The notes beneath the pieces are model-generated. The model had not been told where the DNA came from and did not search any database. It was given only the letters and a program-made list of their open reading frames with translations. DNA of 54,323 nt, the filler included, from Catajapyx aquilonaris (lineage: Eukaryota): the NCBI GenBank assembly GCA_000934665.2. It is 2 parts of 2 records of this genome, joined end to end, with 100 filler letters (N's around TTAATTAATTAA, not from the genome) between each part and the next. Parts side by side here need not be neighbours in the genome. Positions count along the whole stretch, not along the records: positions 27,171 to 54,323 come from JYFJ02005114.1; 1 more part is not named here. One strand, 5' to 3'. This document shows, piece by piece, positions 31,843-43,247 of the stretch; within the stretch, counting starts at the first letter, position 1, and every line of letters starts with the position of its first letter. The position numbers were made by a program, and so were the translations under genes.

Positions 31843-33312
31843 TCATGTGCGAATTAAAATTTCCTGACTGACTAAACTTTCTCTTACAAATCTGGCAACT
31901 AAATGGCTTCTCCCTGTGTGGGTCCTCATGTGGGCATTCAAATTACTTAACACACTAAACTTCTTCTTGCAAATTGAGCAACTGAATGGCTTCTCCCCTG
32001 TGTGGGTCCTCATGTGGATAGTCAAATCTCCTGACCGACTAAACTTTCTCTTGCAAATTATGCAACTGAATGGCTTCTCCCCTGTGTGGGTTCTCAAGTG
32101 TGTATTCAAATGTCCTGACCGACTAAACTTTTTCTTGCAAATTAAGCAACTGAATGGCTTCTCCCCCGTGTGGGTCCTCATGTGTTTATACAAAGTTCCT
32201 GACTCTCTAAACTTTCTCCCACAAACCTTGCAACTGAATGGCTTCTCCCCTGTGTGGGTTCTCATGTGGATATTCAAATGTCCTGACCGACTAAACTTTT
32301 TCTCACAAACTTGACAACTGAATGGCTTCTCCCCTGTGTGGGTCCTCATGTGTGCATTCAACTTTCCTGACACACTAAACTTTCTCTTGCAAATTATGCA
32401 ACTGAATGGCTTCTCCCCTGTGTGGGTCCTCATATGGACATTCAAACTCACTGAATGACTAAACTTTTTCTTGCAAATCTGGCAAGTGTATGGCTTCTCC
32501 CCTGTGTGGGTTCTCAGGTGTGAATTCAAATGTCCCGCCTGACTAAACTTCCTCTCACAAACCTCACAACTGAATGGCTTCTCCCCTGTGTGAGTTCTCC
32601 TGTGGTTAGTCAAAGTAGCTGCATGACTAAACTCTCTCTTGCAAACCTTGCAACTGAATGGCTTCTCCCCTGTGTGGGTCCTCATGTGGCTATTCAAACC
32701 TCCTGACTGGCTAAACCTTTTCTTGCAAACCTGGCAACTGAATGCCTTCTCCCCAGTGTGGGTTCTCATGTGGTTATTCAAACGTCCTGACTCAATAAAC
32801 CTTTTCTTGCAAATTATGCAACTGAAAGGCTTCTCCCCTGTGTGGGTTTTCAAGTGACGCCGTAACAGTCCCATACTGACAAACCTTTTATTACAAACCT
32901 GACACCCAAATGGCTCTTCACCTGTGTGCATTTTCATGTGCTCCAACAAAGATGATGTGTAACTAAACCTCTTCTTGCAAATCAGGCAACTGTAAGGCTT
33001 CTTCTCCCCACTGTGCACCCGCATGTGCCTATTCAAACTTCCTGAATGACTGAACTTTCTCTTACAAACTTGGCATGTGAATGGCTTCTCCCCTGTATGG
33101 GTCCTCATGTGGCTAGGCACATTATTGGCGTGCCTAAACTTTCTGTTGCAAACCTTGCAGCTGAACGGCTTCTCTTGGGAATGGATTCTCATGTGACTCT
33201 TCAAGTCACGAAACTTCCTCTTGCAAATGTGACAATACTGACCCCCCAAGTGTTTCCTCCTCTGCTTGTCCTTCTGGATCCCATTCCTCTTCTTCTCTTG
33301 GGCACCTTTTTT
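31843..33312 (-). CDS. Tandem C2H2 zinc-finger exon, copy A (16 fingers, TGEKPF linkers)
   Basis: Open frame with 84-nt periodicity; candidate phase-0 acceptor tttcag|AAA at 33312; ends via a 1-nt deletion in the linker at ~31912. Its own 5' exons are deleted, so coding status is uncertain. Confidence 0.8.
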   Translation of the reverse strand, partial: KKGAQEKKRNGIQKDKQRRKHLGGQYCHICKRKFRDLKSHMRIHSQEKPFSCKVCNRKFRHANNVPSHMRTHTGEKPFTCQVCKRKFSHSGSLNRHMRVHSGEKKPYSCLICKKRFSYTSSLLEHMKMHTGEEPFGCQVCNKRFVSMGLLRRHLKTHTGEKPFSCIICKKRFIESGRLNNHMRTHTGEKAFSCQVCKKRFSQSGGLNSHMRTHTGEKPFSCKVCKREFSHAATLTNHRRTHTGEKPFSCEVCERKFSQAGHLNSHLRTHTGEKPYTCQICKKKFSHSVSLNVHMRTHTGEKPFSCIICKRKFSVSGKLNAHMRTHTGEKPFSCQVCEKKFSRSGHLNIHMRTHTGEKPFSCKVCGRKFRESGTLYKHMRTHTGEKPFSCLICKKKFSRSGHLNTHLRTHTGEKPFSCIICKRKFSRSGDLTIHMRTHTGEKPFSCSICKKKFSVLSNLNAHMRTHTGRSHLVARFVRESLVSQEILIRT

Positions 33313-33470
33313 CTGAAATTAATGACGGCTCATAAATGCAGGTGTATTTGAAAGGAACCTGTTGGGCTGGGGATGCTAGCCACGCAATGTTACTGCGTGG
33401 CCCGAAAGTTCTGTTACAAATCTCAGAAGCCAATTTTTGGTAATTTAAAGCAAATATGCAGAATCCATGT

Positions 33471-34480
33471 GGGTCATTCCAAGTCAGCGGGATCCCCTTT
33501 GTACCCTTGATGTGGTGGATTTGAATGATATTCGCAGGTTATGGTGACCTAGCGCTGCTAAAACATTGTACCAAAGCGTTTTGAAATATTTTGATTTTTA
33601 CCCGCTTTTTGGGGGGTGGTAATTTTGAGCCTTTTCTTTGAGAGCCATTTTTCTTTTGGCTGTTTCTCCGCAACTAATCGTGAGACAGATGTGCTTTTGA
33701 TATCAATTTATTCAGAAAGGTTGATATAATCGTATTCTATGGTTAATTCTAAAAGGTTGAATTTTTGCGTTAAGAAGATTGAAATTGCAAATTTTAAACA
33801 TTTAATTTTTAAAATTATAACACTTTATTTTCCGCTGGTTTTCCCACGTATGTTGTAGCCCTACATGTGAACTACATGTGACTATATCAGTCCTGTTGGC
33901 TAGTATAATACTACGGAAGATTGGGCCTCTTAAGTGAGACCCCCTCCATATATGTCGTCATAATGATGGGTACACCCAACATGCAAATCGCCCCACCTTG
34001 CTCAGTGCAAATGTTGATATTCAAGTTGGGATGATCACTGGTGAGAGTACGACACATGTCAGACTCTCCTTTGGTAGCCTACACCCCACTCCCTCCCCAA
34101 GCAAACCCATGCCTCCCACCCCACAATAAACACAAATTGATTTGTCAGTTCGGCCCCGTTTGGACCCTTCATGTGGCGGATTTTTATGATTTTCTGGGTT
34201 TTCCATGACACAGCGATGCTAAAAACATTGTACCAAAGCGTTTTGAAAAATATTGATTTTTGCCGATTTTTGGGGGAGTGAATTTCGTTGCAGACTCTTC
34301 TTATTCTTTTGGCTTTTTCTCTGGAACTAATCAAGATACAGAAGTGAATTTGGTGTCATTGTACTCCAGAAATACTGGTAGAAGCGGACGCCATGGTAAA
34401 ATGTGAAATTTAAATTTTGTTTGTTAAAATGTTTAAATTTAAAATTTATTTAATGTTTCGATTTTAAAATTTAAACATTT
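33471..34480 (+). mobile_element. Left end of a Sola2-like DNA transposon
   Basis: Starts GGGTCATTCC exactly where homology to copy B breaks; internal direct repeat 33495-33720 ~ 34150-34380. Confidence 0.55.
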
Positions 34481-35029
34481 TTTGTCTATGGATGACCTAT
34501 AAAATTTTCCCTTGGCTTACTCTGTAGCTAAGCTGGCCCTATTTCGAATGGTTCATGCAAATTATCCGTGTCAAACAGTACAAATGACCAGCACAATACA
34601 TCTTGGTGCGAGTCTTGTCGGGTTTCTGACTAATCAGGCACACAGAATATCAGAATATGGCACATATAACAGTGATTTCTTGCCAAAAAAATATAATAAA
34701 TCTGAACTACTACATCACCAAAAGTAATAGAGTTTAGAGTCTAGACTCTAAACTGCATCAACACCGAATGTCCTCATATGAGGTCATTGTCCTTTTGTAC
34801 TTGTTTTGATCAACATTTTAGAACTATCATTTTTCCTGCTCACTATTGGCAAAATGTTCATAAAATGCAACAGGAACTGACATTGTGTTAGGAAAATGTT
34901 CTCTGGTCTCCTGTTCCTCCAGAGAATTTGCAATAATATTTTTCTCCGTTCGATTTTTGCTTCGTTTTTTTTTCGCAATATTCTCGTCTTTTTTCCCCTC
35001 CGGTTTTTGAAATAAAAATGAGGGTCAAG

Positions 35030-35590
35030 ATGCCGTACATGTTCCCTCACCTCCACAACGGATGGCAGGACGACCAGGCCATCCTGTCTGAAGAGGACAG
35101 GGTCATAGTGTACCTTTCTGTAATGAGGCTAAGTACTGTGCAAACGTCGTGTGTGTACACCTCAGGTCATGCGGTTTGGACACGACTGGGATCCAACCTG
35201 TATGAAGATGGACGAGGTGCTGTAGGCACTCCATGGAGGAGAAGGTGAGAGTGTTTGCAGCCGTCATGTACCTGGTGGACATCACAGAAGTGCTGGACTT
35301 CAACAAAATGTACGCCACACTCTTAATGGCACGTAAAAGTAGCTTCAAGGAGACCAATACCCACACATGTCCGCAGGTACGAGCTGTACGACCCGTGCAC
35401 GGTCATGTTCTTCTTCCGCAACAAGCGCATCATGATTGCTCTTGGCACAGGAAACAACAATAAGATCAACTGGACCTCGGAGGACAAGCAGGAGATGATC
35501 GACATTGTCGAGACAGTCTACCAAGGGGGAAGAAAAGGTCGAGGTCTGGTCGTGTCCCCCCAAAAACACTACTCCACGAAGTATACATAA
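35030..35590 (+). pseudogene. TXNL4A: Unprocessed Dim1/TXNL4A (U5 snRNP 15 kDa) pseudogene, copy A
   Basis: MPYMFPHLHNGWQDDQAILSEEDRVI|VMRFGHDWDPTCMKMDEVL*; ..YELYDPCTVMFFFRNKRIMIALGTGNNNKINW..GRKGRGLVVSP. Introns 35108-35165 and 35310-35376 are retained; TAG at 35223-35225 plus frameshifts. Confidence 0.9.
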
Positions 35591-35619
35591 TTATACTGAG
35601 CCCATGCAAACTTGACCGC

Positions 35620-35755
35620 TCCTGTAAGTCTATATAGTCCAACTGAAGTCCCTAACACCCACACAAAGTCCATGAAGTCCTTAACGTCCGGACCAAATCC
35701 TTGGAAGTCCAGACAAAGTCCTGGAAGTCTGACTATAAGTCCGTGAAGTCCTTTG
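35620..35755. repeat. Cluster of AAGTCC/AAGTCT motifs (probable TE subterminal repeats)
   Basis: About 11 copies of (g)aagtcc at roughly 10-20 nt spacing. Confidence 0.5.
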
Positions 35756-38302
35756 TACACTATAATATGAAATGATTAACCCCTCGTTAAAATAGGTAAG
35801 CAGGACTTGGAAAATCAAAAGTTGACAGTTCACTTGATGTAATTATTTTTGTATTATTTATTTTTCTCACCTCAGCCTCACCTCCACAAATTGGTAATTC
35901 CCTACATTAAAAACCTCCAACCCATTACTTCTTACTTTTCTTCTCTCTTTTTTTTTTTGCCCCTCCCCAAGTGCATAACTTTTTTTTGCCCGGACAGCTG
36001 TCCACCCATTTCTCCAAACCCTCCCCATGCAATCATGCNGTCACAGTGGCCCAGAAAAATGTTCAGTTTGGTGACTCTTTGGAATTTTTTTGTTTGTTTT
36101 TTGTAACCATTTTCTTTTCCAAAATCCACTTTTCTTGCAAATCAGTCTGGTTTGTAACACATTCACTGTCGGCTGGTCTTTAAAATAAAGAGGAAACATC
36201 GGCCATTGTTTAAAAACAGGGGGTCAAACTGTAAGAGAGAAAATAATTTGCCGTCCCCCTTCTCCTCGTGAAGTAACCTTTTCGCTTGCCTTTTAAACCC
36301 CCCCCCCCCCCAAATAATTAAAAACCATCATTCTCAAGTTATACATGAAAGCCCTGTTGGCATTTTATAAAATGTAAAAATTCATGCTAATGAACACTAA
36401 CAGATTTCCCAAAATGGTAGCCCTCCTTCCCTACTCTGCTACTTCTACTCAAACACACATATTCAATCTTCATTCTCCTTTGCTATCCCATTCTTTTCCC
36501 TTCCTCAGCTTCTTCAACCAACTCGACGCACAAAATACTACAACCGACAGCACATCAAGCAATCTCAGGGTGTCCCCCATTTTCTGCACATCTAGAGTGG
36601 CGATTTTCGATATTAGCCAGATATAAAAACATTTCGTGAGCCAAATCATCGTCATCATCATCATATTTCTCACGGCTTTTCCCAAAAATGGGGTGCCCGA
36701 GGATAATGAGGTGGTCCTCGCTACGCTCATAAATGAGCAATTATATACATTAAAAAAAAAACTAGAGACTGGTTGTGAGCCAAATGCATCTCCTAAATGT
36801 AGTCACCTCAATTGGCAACAAAATTTCATCAATATTTTTACTTGAATTATTCATACCACATGTTAGGCCTAACCGACATGTTATGCCTAAAGAGAGGTTT
36901 CGAGCCATAGGCTTTGTCATAACATTACGACTACCACGCCACGAGGGCTTTAATTCGATAGGCCTACTGTTTATCGGAGAAGGAAGGGAGAAAAGTGTCA
37001 TATTTTGATGACCGTGAGAGATGACGCAGCCTACATCTGCGATTTTTTGGGGGAGTAACTGCACAATCTCTCTTTTTTTTTAAAAAAAAACACTTTTAAA
37101 TCATTAATCGAACCAACACTATCGCGTCGGAATTTGACATTACTATCGAATTAATCACAATAGTTTAATGGGAGAAGGGTTCCCGATAAACTCGGCGAAT
37201 GACCATTCGGCGACTACCATTCATTCAAAATGAAATTCGCCGAACGTATTTTTCGGGGACAGGAGCATCCACCGAAAGCGGTTTTCGGCGAAATTACAAT
37301 TGGGCTAGCACACTTTTCGGCGACAGGACAATTCACTGAAAAAGCTTTTCGACGAGATGGAAATAGACACAGAAGAGATTGGAGCGATGGATCCAGCTCC
37401 CTGACACAAACACGATACGGCGTTTAATATAAAAGGCACCGCTAGGCGGGAGAAGTGGCGCTAGTGCGCCTCCACAACCGTCTAGTCCTAGTGGGGAGTC
37501 CCTTCGCGCGGACGCCTGCTTGAAACCGTTCAAACCTACCTAGCGAAACAGTTATACTGTCTGTTAGCGGCGGAAAAATATTGGCGACTTCATAGTCAGA
37601 GCCCGGACACTATTAACGGAACGATAAATGCAGTTGTAATCAAGTTTAAAATTAAAAATTAAATTGTCCCTTACATTCGGCAGTTGGCACACAATATTTT
37701 CTTCAAAAGTTTCACTGCAATCACACAGAAAATCGGTCTAATATTTAAGAGTAAAAAGTGACGTCATTTCAACCTGGACTACACATCCCTCTCTCATCAT
37801 CTTTGGTCAGCAGGTAGCAAACCCCCCCCCCNCCCCCCCCCCCCCCTTCTCGATGATGACGTAATATGTGTACGGTCCCTTGATCGCAATGCAGGGATGG
37901 GATGTTGGTAGGAGTCAATTACTCATCCAAGGCAAGCAATAAGGACCCTATGGCAAACTGAGCCCATGGACTGATTCCTGGACTGAAAAGGTTAATCCTC
38001 CATCAATATTATGCCTCCAGAGCCCATCATAAAAACTGTCAGTAGCTAGCACACTGGACTAAGGCATTGTCGTGCGAACAGAATCTTAAACAACTCAATC
38101 ACTTTTCTCCTTTGTGTGTTCTAGCACGCCTTTTCAAACCTTCTGACCTACTGTACCTTTTCCTGCAAATCTGGCAACCATATGGCTTCTCGCTTGGGTG
38201 AGTTCGTAACTGTCCCAAATGAACAAACCTCTTGTTATTATACATATGAAAGGTCTCTCACCTGTGTGAGTCCTCGTGTGCATCAACATAGAAGTGGGGT
38301 GA

Positions 38303-39742
38303 TTAAACCTCTTCTTGCAAATCATGCAACTGAATGGCTGTGTGGGTTCTCATGTGCGAATTCAAATTTCCAGACTGCCTAAACTTTCTCTTGCAAACCT
38401 GGCAACTGAATGGCTTCTCCCCCGTGTGGGTCCTCATATGCTTATTCACATCCCCTGACTGGCTAAACTTTCTCTTGCAAATCTTGCAACTGAATGGCTT
38501 CTCCCCACTGTGGGTCCTCATGTGCGAATTCAAATTTCCTGACTTACTAAACTTTCTCTCACAAACCTTGCAACTGAAAGGCTTCTCCCCTGTGTGAATC
38601 TTCATGTGGGTATTCAAATCACATGACTGATTAAACTTTCTCTTGCAAACTTTGCAACTGAATGGCTTCTCCCCTGTGTGGGTTCTCATGTGCGTATTCA
38701 AATTTCCTGAACAACTAAACTTCCTCTCACAAACCTTGCAACTGAATGGCTTCTCCCCTGTGTGGGTCCTCATGTGGACATTCAAATTTGCTGACTGGTT
38801 AAACTTTCTCATGCAAATTATGCAACAGAATGGCTTCTCGCCTGTGTGGGTCCTCATGTGAATTTGTAAATTTCGTGAATGACTGAACTTTTTCTTGCAA
38901 ATTGAGCAACTGAATGGCTTCTCCCCTGCGTGAATCTTCATGTGATTATGCAAATATCGTGACTCACGAAACCTTTTTTTGCAAACCTGGCAACTGAATG
39001 GCTTCTCCCCTGTGTCTGTGTGGGTCCTCATGTGCCAATTCAAATGTCCTGACTCACTAAACCTTTTCTCACAAACCTCACAACTGAAAGGCTTCTCCCC
39101 TGTGTGGGTCCTCATGTGACTCCGTAACCGTCCCATACTGACAAACCTTTTATTACAAACCTGACACCCAAATGGCTCTTCACCTGTGTGCATTTTCATG
39201 TGCATCAACAGAGATGATGTGTAACTAAACCTCTTCTTGCAAATCAGGCAACTGTAAGGCTTCTTCTCCCCACTGTGCACCCGCATGTGCCTATTCAAAT
39301 GTCCCGACTGACTAAACTTTCTATTACAAACCTTGCAACTGAATGGCTTTTCCCCTGTGTGAACCCTCATGTGGTTGTGAAGAGATTGCGACAGAGTAAA
39401 CTTTCTATCACAAACCTGGCAACTGAATGGCTTCTCCCCAGTGTGAATCCTCATGTGGCTATTCAAAGAGTCTGACCGACTAAACGTTCTCTTGCAAACC
39501 TCACAACTGAATGGCTTCTCCCCTGTATGGGTCCTCATGTGGCTAGTCACATCATAGGCGCGCCTGAACCTTCTGTTGCAAACATTGCAGTTGAATGGCT
39601 TTTCTTGGGAATGAATTCTCATGTGCCTCTTCAAGGAATGAAATTTCCTCTTGCGAATGTGACAACAATTACCCCCCAAGTGCTTGCTAAGCTGCTTGTC
39701 CTGCTGGATCCCATTCCTCTTCTTCTCTTGGGCTCCTTTTTT
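38303..39742 (-). CDS. Tandem C2H2 zinc-finger exon, copy B (15 canonical fingers + 1 degenerate); probable terminal exon of the gene starting at 53591
   Basis: Open 510-codon frame; candidate phase-0 acceptor tttcag|AAA at 39742 (alternative cag|AAC at 39838); ends through an 8-nt linker deletion at ~38338. Confidence 0.85.
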   Translation of the reverse strand, partial: KKGAQEKKRNGIQQDKQLSKHLGGNCCHIRKRKFHSLKRHMRIHSQEKPFNCNVCNRRFRRAYDVTSHMRTHTGEKPFSCEVCKRTFSRSDSLNSHMRIHTGEKPFSCQVCDRKFTLSQSLHNHMRVHTGEKPFSCKVCNRKFSQSGHLNRHMRVHSGEKKPYSCLICKKRFSYTSSLLMHMKMHTGEEPFGCQVCNKRFVSMGRLRSHMRTHTGEKPFSCEVCEKRFSESGHLNWHMRTHTDTGEKPFSCQVCKKRFRESRYLHNHMKIHAGEKPFSCSICKKKFSHSRNLQIHMRTHTGEKPFCCIICMRKFNQSANLNVHMRTHTGEKPFSCKVCERKFSCSGNLNTHMRTHTGEKPFSCKVCKRKFNQSCDLNTHMKIHTGEKPFSCKVCERKFSKSGNLNSHMRTHSGEKPFSCKICKRKFSQSGDVNKHMRTHTGEKPFSCQVCKRKFRQSGNLNSHMRTHTAIQLHDLQEEV

Positions 39743-41001
39743 CTGAAATTCATGGCAGCTCATAAATGCAGGTGAATTTGAAAGGAACGTGTTGGGCTGG
39801 GGATGCTTGCCATGCAATGTTACTGGGTAGCCCAAGTTCTGTTACAAATCTCAAAAGGTAATTTTTGGTAATTTAAAGCAAATATGCAGAATCCATGTGA
39901 ACAAATTACTAATCTAGAACTGAAACAATCACTTTTTTGCGTGCATTATGTTCGCCTCCTGCGTCAATGCAGAACTTCAGGCACTTCGGGAAGTTGTAAA
40001 CTGTTATGATCCCTGCCGAACGTAGGAGGCAGGGAAATTGAGAGCAAGGAAAAATACGTCCGTTCTTAATTACAGCTAGTCAAAGAGTGTTTATTGATAT
40101 ACAATCACTATGCAACGGAACTATGCAACACCTCCCCCAGTAGAAACAAACTTATGGTACACTAGCAGGTTACCCGGCGTTGCCCGGGTATGTTGTGGTG
40201 CTGGTAAAGATAGGGGTACATATCTGTGATAGATTACCTGCTTGTCTTAATAGCGTACAGTCGACACGGATATTCTGATTGGGTGTGTAAAAGGAGGAAT
40301 ACGGATGGAGTTGGCCCAGGAAAAGACTGCACAGCCATGTGCTTTTTCCCCCTGCATTTTTGACTCCTTGACCCCCCCCCCCCCAACCCCACTTCACACC
40401 CCCACCTCGTTCCATATATGTTTGCTCTGAAGAACTTTAGAAATGTACGTACAGATGTATGATGGGAAATTTTGTTTTCAACACGGAGTAATATTTTGCT
40501 AATACTGTATTATTTAATGGTATTTACTTTGTCTGGAAGTCTACTTTCAAATCCCACAAAATCCCGGAATTACCATAAGATACGAAGTCACGTGAGGTGG
40601 CCAATTAGCGTAATTGGTGGATGCGCTGAATTTACGGAGATGGTTTAACCTGTTGAGGGCCACGGAAGTCATATGACTTCCGAGGAAAGACGTGCCTCAG
40701 GGCCCACGGAAGTCATATGACCGTTTGCTACTTGTGCGCTCATTTGTTCTCATTTAAAAAGAGCCAATGACTTTTAAGCTGTTCTTGCCATGCCAACTCG
40801 TGGTTGGGAGTTCAACGATCACGGACTGCGTGATTGGCTTGAATCTGCGAGGTAAGATGGATGCTGCTGCCCCCTGTTGCCTGAGATACAAAATATCTGG
40901 CGTCAGGCGGTAAAAAAAGTGTCCGAACCCTACCAGACGAGGCATGCCCCATGCAGCCATGAATGAGAGGATCTTGGAAGCTGGCCGGCCAATCAGGTGG
41001 G

Positions 41002-41304
41002 TAGGGCTGTGCAATATTTCGATATATCGACTGTCGATACGACATTTTCCTAATATCGAAGTTGCGATATCCGACGCTTGGCATGTTCGATGTATCGAAT
41101 ATCGCGATTTTTCGATGTCGGTTTTTCGATTTTCGATATATCGACTTCGATTCGATATTTTTCGATGTCGGTTCGATTCGGTTTTCGATCTTTTTCGATG
41201 TCGGTTTTCGATGTCGGTTTTTCGATTTTCGATATATCGACTTAGATTCGATATTTTTTAAGTATCGAAAGTAGATATGTAATTTCGGATATCGCACAGC
41301 CCTA
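41002..41304. mobile_element. hAT-type MITE rich in TCGA motifs, nested in the piggyBac-like element
   Basis: TIRs TAGGGCTGTGCAATAT / ATATCGCACAGCCCTA; degenerate 8-bp TSD caggtggg / cagatggc (6/8). Confidence 0.8.
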
Positions 41305-41755
41305 CAGATGGCCCCCTATCAGCGCGGATCCGCTCCCCTCGTCGGTAGTACAAAACTGCAAATAACAGCTACTTTGCAATAACTGTTATTGAAGTAACCG
41401 TTACTGAAAATAGTTGCAACTCATCAGCAGCCATAGAAATTCTGCTGGGAATTGGTGTTGGCATTATTGAAAAAGGATGAAGTAATGGGAGAGACTAAAT
41501 GTGGCAGGGGAAGGGGCACGCTGTACCAACATCATGACAACACAGCAGAATAACGTCATAGCGGAATCGCATGCATTAGCTGCTTCTGAGTCGCAAATAG
41601 CATAATAACTAACTGCCACTGAGTTGCAGTTATTTCAACAGTTATTACAAGTAGCAGTCTCGCTACTTTTGATCCGCCACACTAGCTGCTGTCGTTTATT
41701 CTCTCTGAACCACGGCGGAGGGAAAGTGCTCTGAAGTCTGAACCATACTCTGAAC

Positions 41756-42255
41756 ATGGCAAAAATCCGACCTGGAGCAACACACTTACATAGCGGCCTC
41801 GGGGCCGCCCCCGGGCCGCCCGCAAACCACAGTTCGCCCCTGGTCACACTCGACACCATTAAAACGCATTGCAGTGGTATGAGGACACGGCGAAAAATCC
41901 GACCAGGAGCAACACACTTACATAGCGGCCCCGGGGCCGCCCCCAACCACAGTTCGCCCTTGGTCACACTCGACACCATTGAAACGCATTGCAGCGAAAA
42001 ATCCGACCTGGAGCAACACACTTACATAGCGGCCCCGGGGCCGCCCCCGGGCCGCCCGCAAACCACAGTTCGCCCTTGGTCACTCTCGACACCATTGAAA
42101 CGCATTGTAGCGAAAAATCCGACCTGGAGCAACACACATAGCGGCCCCGGGGCCGCCCGCAAACCACAGTTCGCCCCTGGTCACACTCGACACCATTGAA
42201 ATTCATTGCATTTGTGTGAGGACACGGCGGAAAATCCTACCTGGGGCAACGCACT
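41756..42255. repeat. GC-rich minisatellite, ~104-132 bp unit x ~4.3
   Basis: aaaaatccgacctggagcaacacac recurs at ~41761, 41893, 41997, 42114 and 42231. Confidence 0.9.
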
Positions 42256-43247
42256 TGCAAAGCTGCTTTAGAAAACTAAGGTCAGGTCACTCATTTCTGC
42301 TCATTTTTATCGCCTGAATTTGGGAAAAAAAACTCGGGCTGTGGGGGCTTACAATTGAAAAGAAAACCTGGCCCTCAACAGGTTAATTTGCTAGGTATTG
42401 TGGCATAAGGGCATTTCCTACGGGAGACAAAGTGGCGCTGCGGAAACGTATGCTCCCACGAATGTTAAGGTTCCGGGTTCGATCCCAGCCCGGGGTTACC
42501 TCCTTCATCCCGTGCAGAGTTGGGTCGTCTCTGGCTTCGTTTCGAGGGGAATCTCCTCAGACTAATCCACCCGGGGGAGTTCACAAAATATACCGTTTGA
42601 GAATTGCACTTGCACCTTGCACATCCCCTCCCAGTCACCCTGCCCGTGGGCCCGGGCGCTACGTCAAAAAGGTTCCATCAAGACGAAATAAAGGTTCCTC
42701 CCTGCGGTACGATGCAGGGAGGTAAATAGCTAAAAAAAAAAGAGGCTTTTCCATGGGAATGCAAATTGATTTATTGTTATTGATGTAAGCTAATTGTTGA
42801 GGCAGGAATATGCGTGTTGTGGGAGTCAGGGTCACCTACATGAGTGCCACCCCCACCTAAACAGGGTATTGTCTCTCCGCCATATTGGATCTAAATCACA
42901 TAGGAAAATCGCATAGGAAAAAAACCATTGAAAAAAACAAAAACGAATCGCTTGCCAATTCCCTATCCTGCAGCATGGGGCGGCCATATTGGATCTAGAT
43001 TGCATAAGGACTACGTGAAGACAATACCCGGGTTAGGGTGGGGGAGGCAACCATGTAGGGGACCCTGGTGGGAGTTAGGTACATTTTGGGAAGCTGAAAC
43101 ATGCGGCGTTAGATTCCTTGGAAAAAGTAACCCCCGATATGCTAATTGAAGGCGGTGCGGTGTAGGGGCCTTCCCCTGGATTTCTATAAGGGACAAACAA
43201 ACTCTTAAACAAACTAACAATCAAGCTTCCTTATTTATAGATATAGA

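Larger units (their letters stand above)
29677..35590. repeat. Copy A of a tandem segmental duplication (zinc-finger gene + Dim1 pseudogene)
   Basis: 29677-29793 ~ 37882-38001; 31308-33470 ~ 38008-39898; 34483-34910 ~ 48266-48712; 34911-35460 ~ 53769-54323. Confidence 0.9.
40649..42382. mobile_element. Non-autonomous piggyBac-like element nested in the Helitron
   Basis: TTAA at 40645-40648 and 42383-42386; perfect 14-bp TIR CCTGTTGAGGGCCA. Confidence 0.88.
40162..43247 (-). mobile_element. Non-autonomous Helitron
   Basis: Minus strand 5'-TCTATATCTATA...; subterminal hairpin TACCCGG-6nt-CCGGGTA at 40171-40190; 3' end CTAG; no TSD; its removal restores the Gypsy pol end. Confidence 0.85.

Noticed and set aside
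31916..39775. Plus-strand ORFs (QLNGFSPVWVLM repeats)
   Set aside because: Antisense shadows of the zinc-finger repeats.
40812..41297. 161-aa Lys/Arg-rich ORF
   Set aside because: Translation of the repetitive TCGA-rich MITE.
41756..42255. CRISPR-like repeat array
   Set aside because: The units are fully repeated with no unique spacers; this is a minisatellite in a eukaryotic TE, and there are no cas genes.
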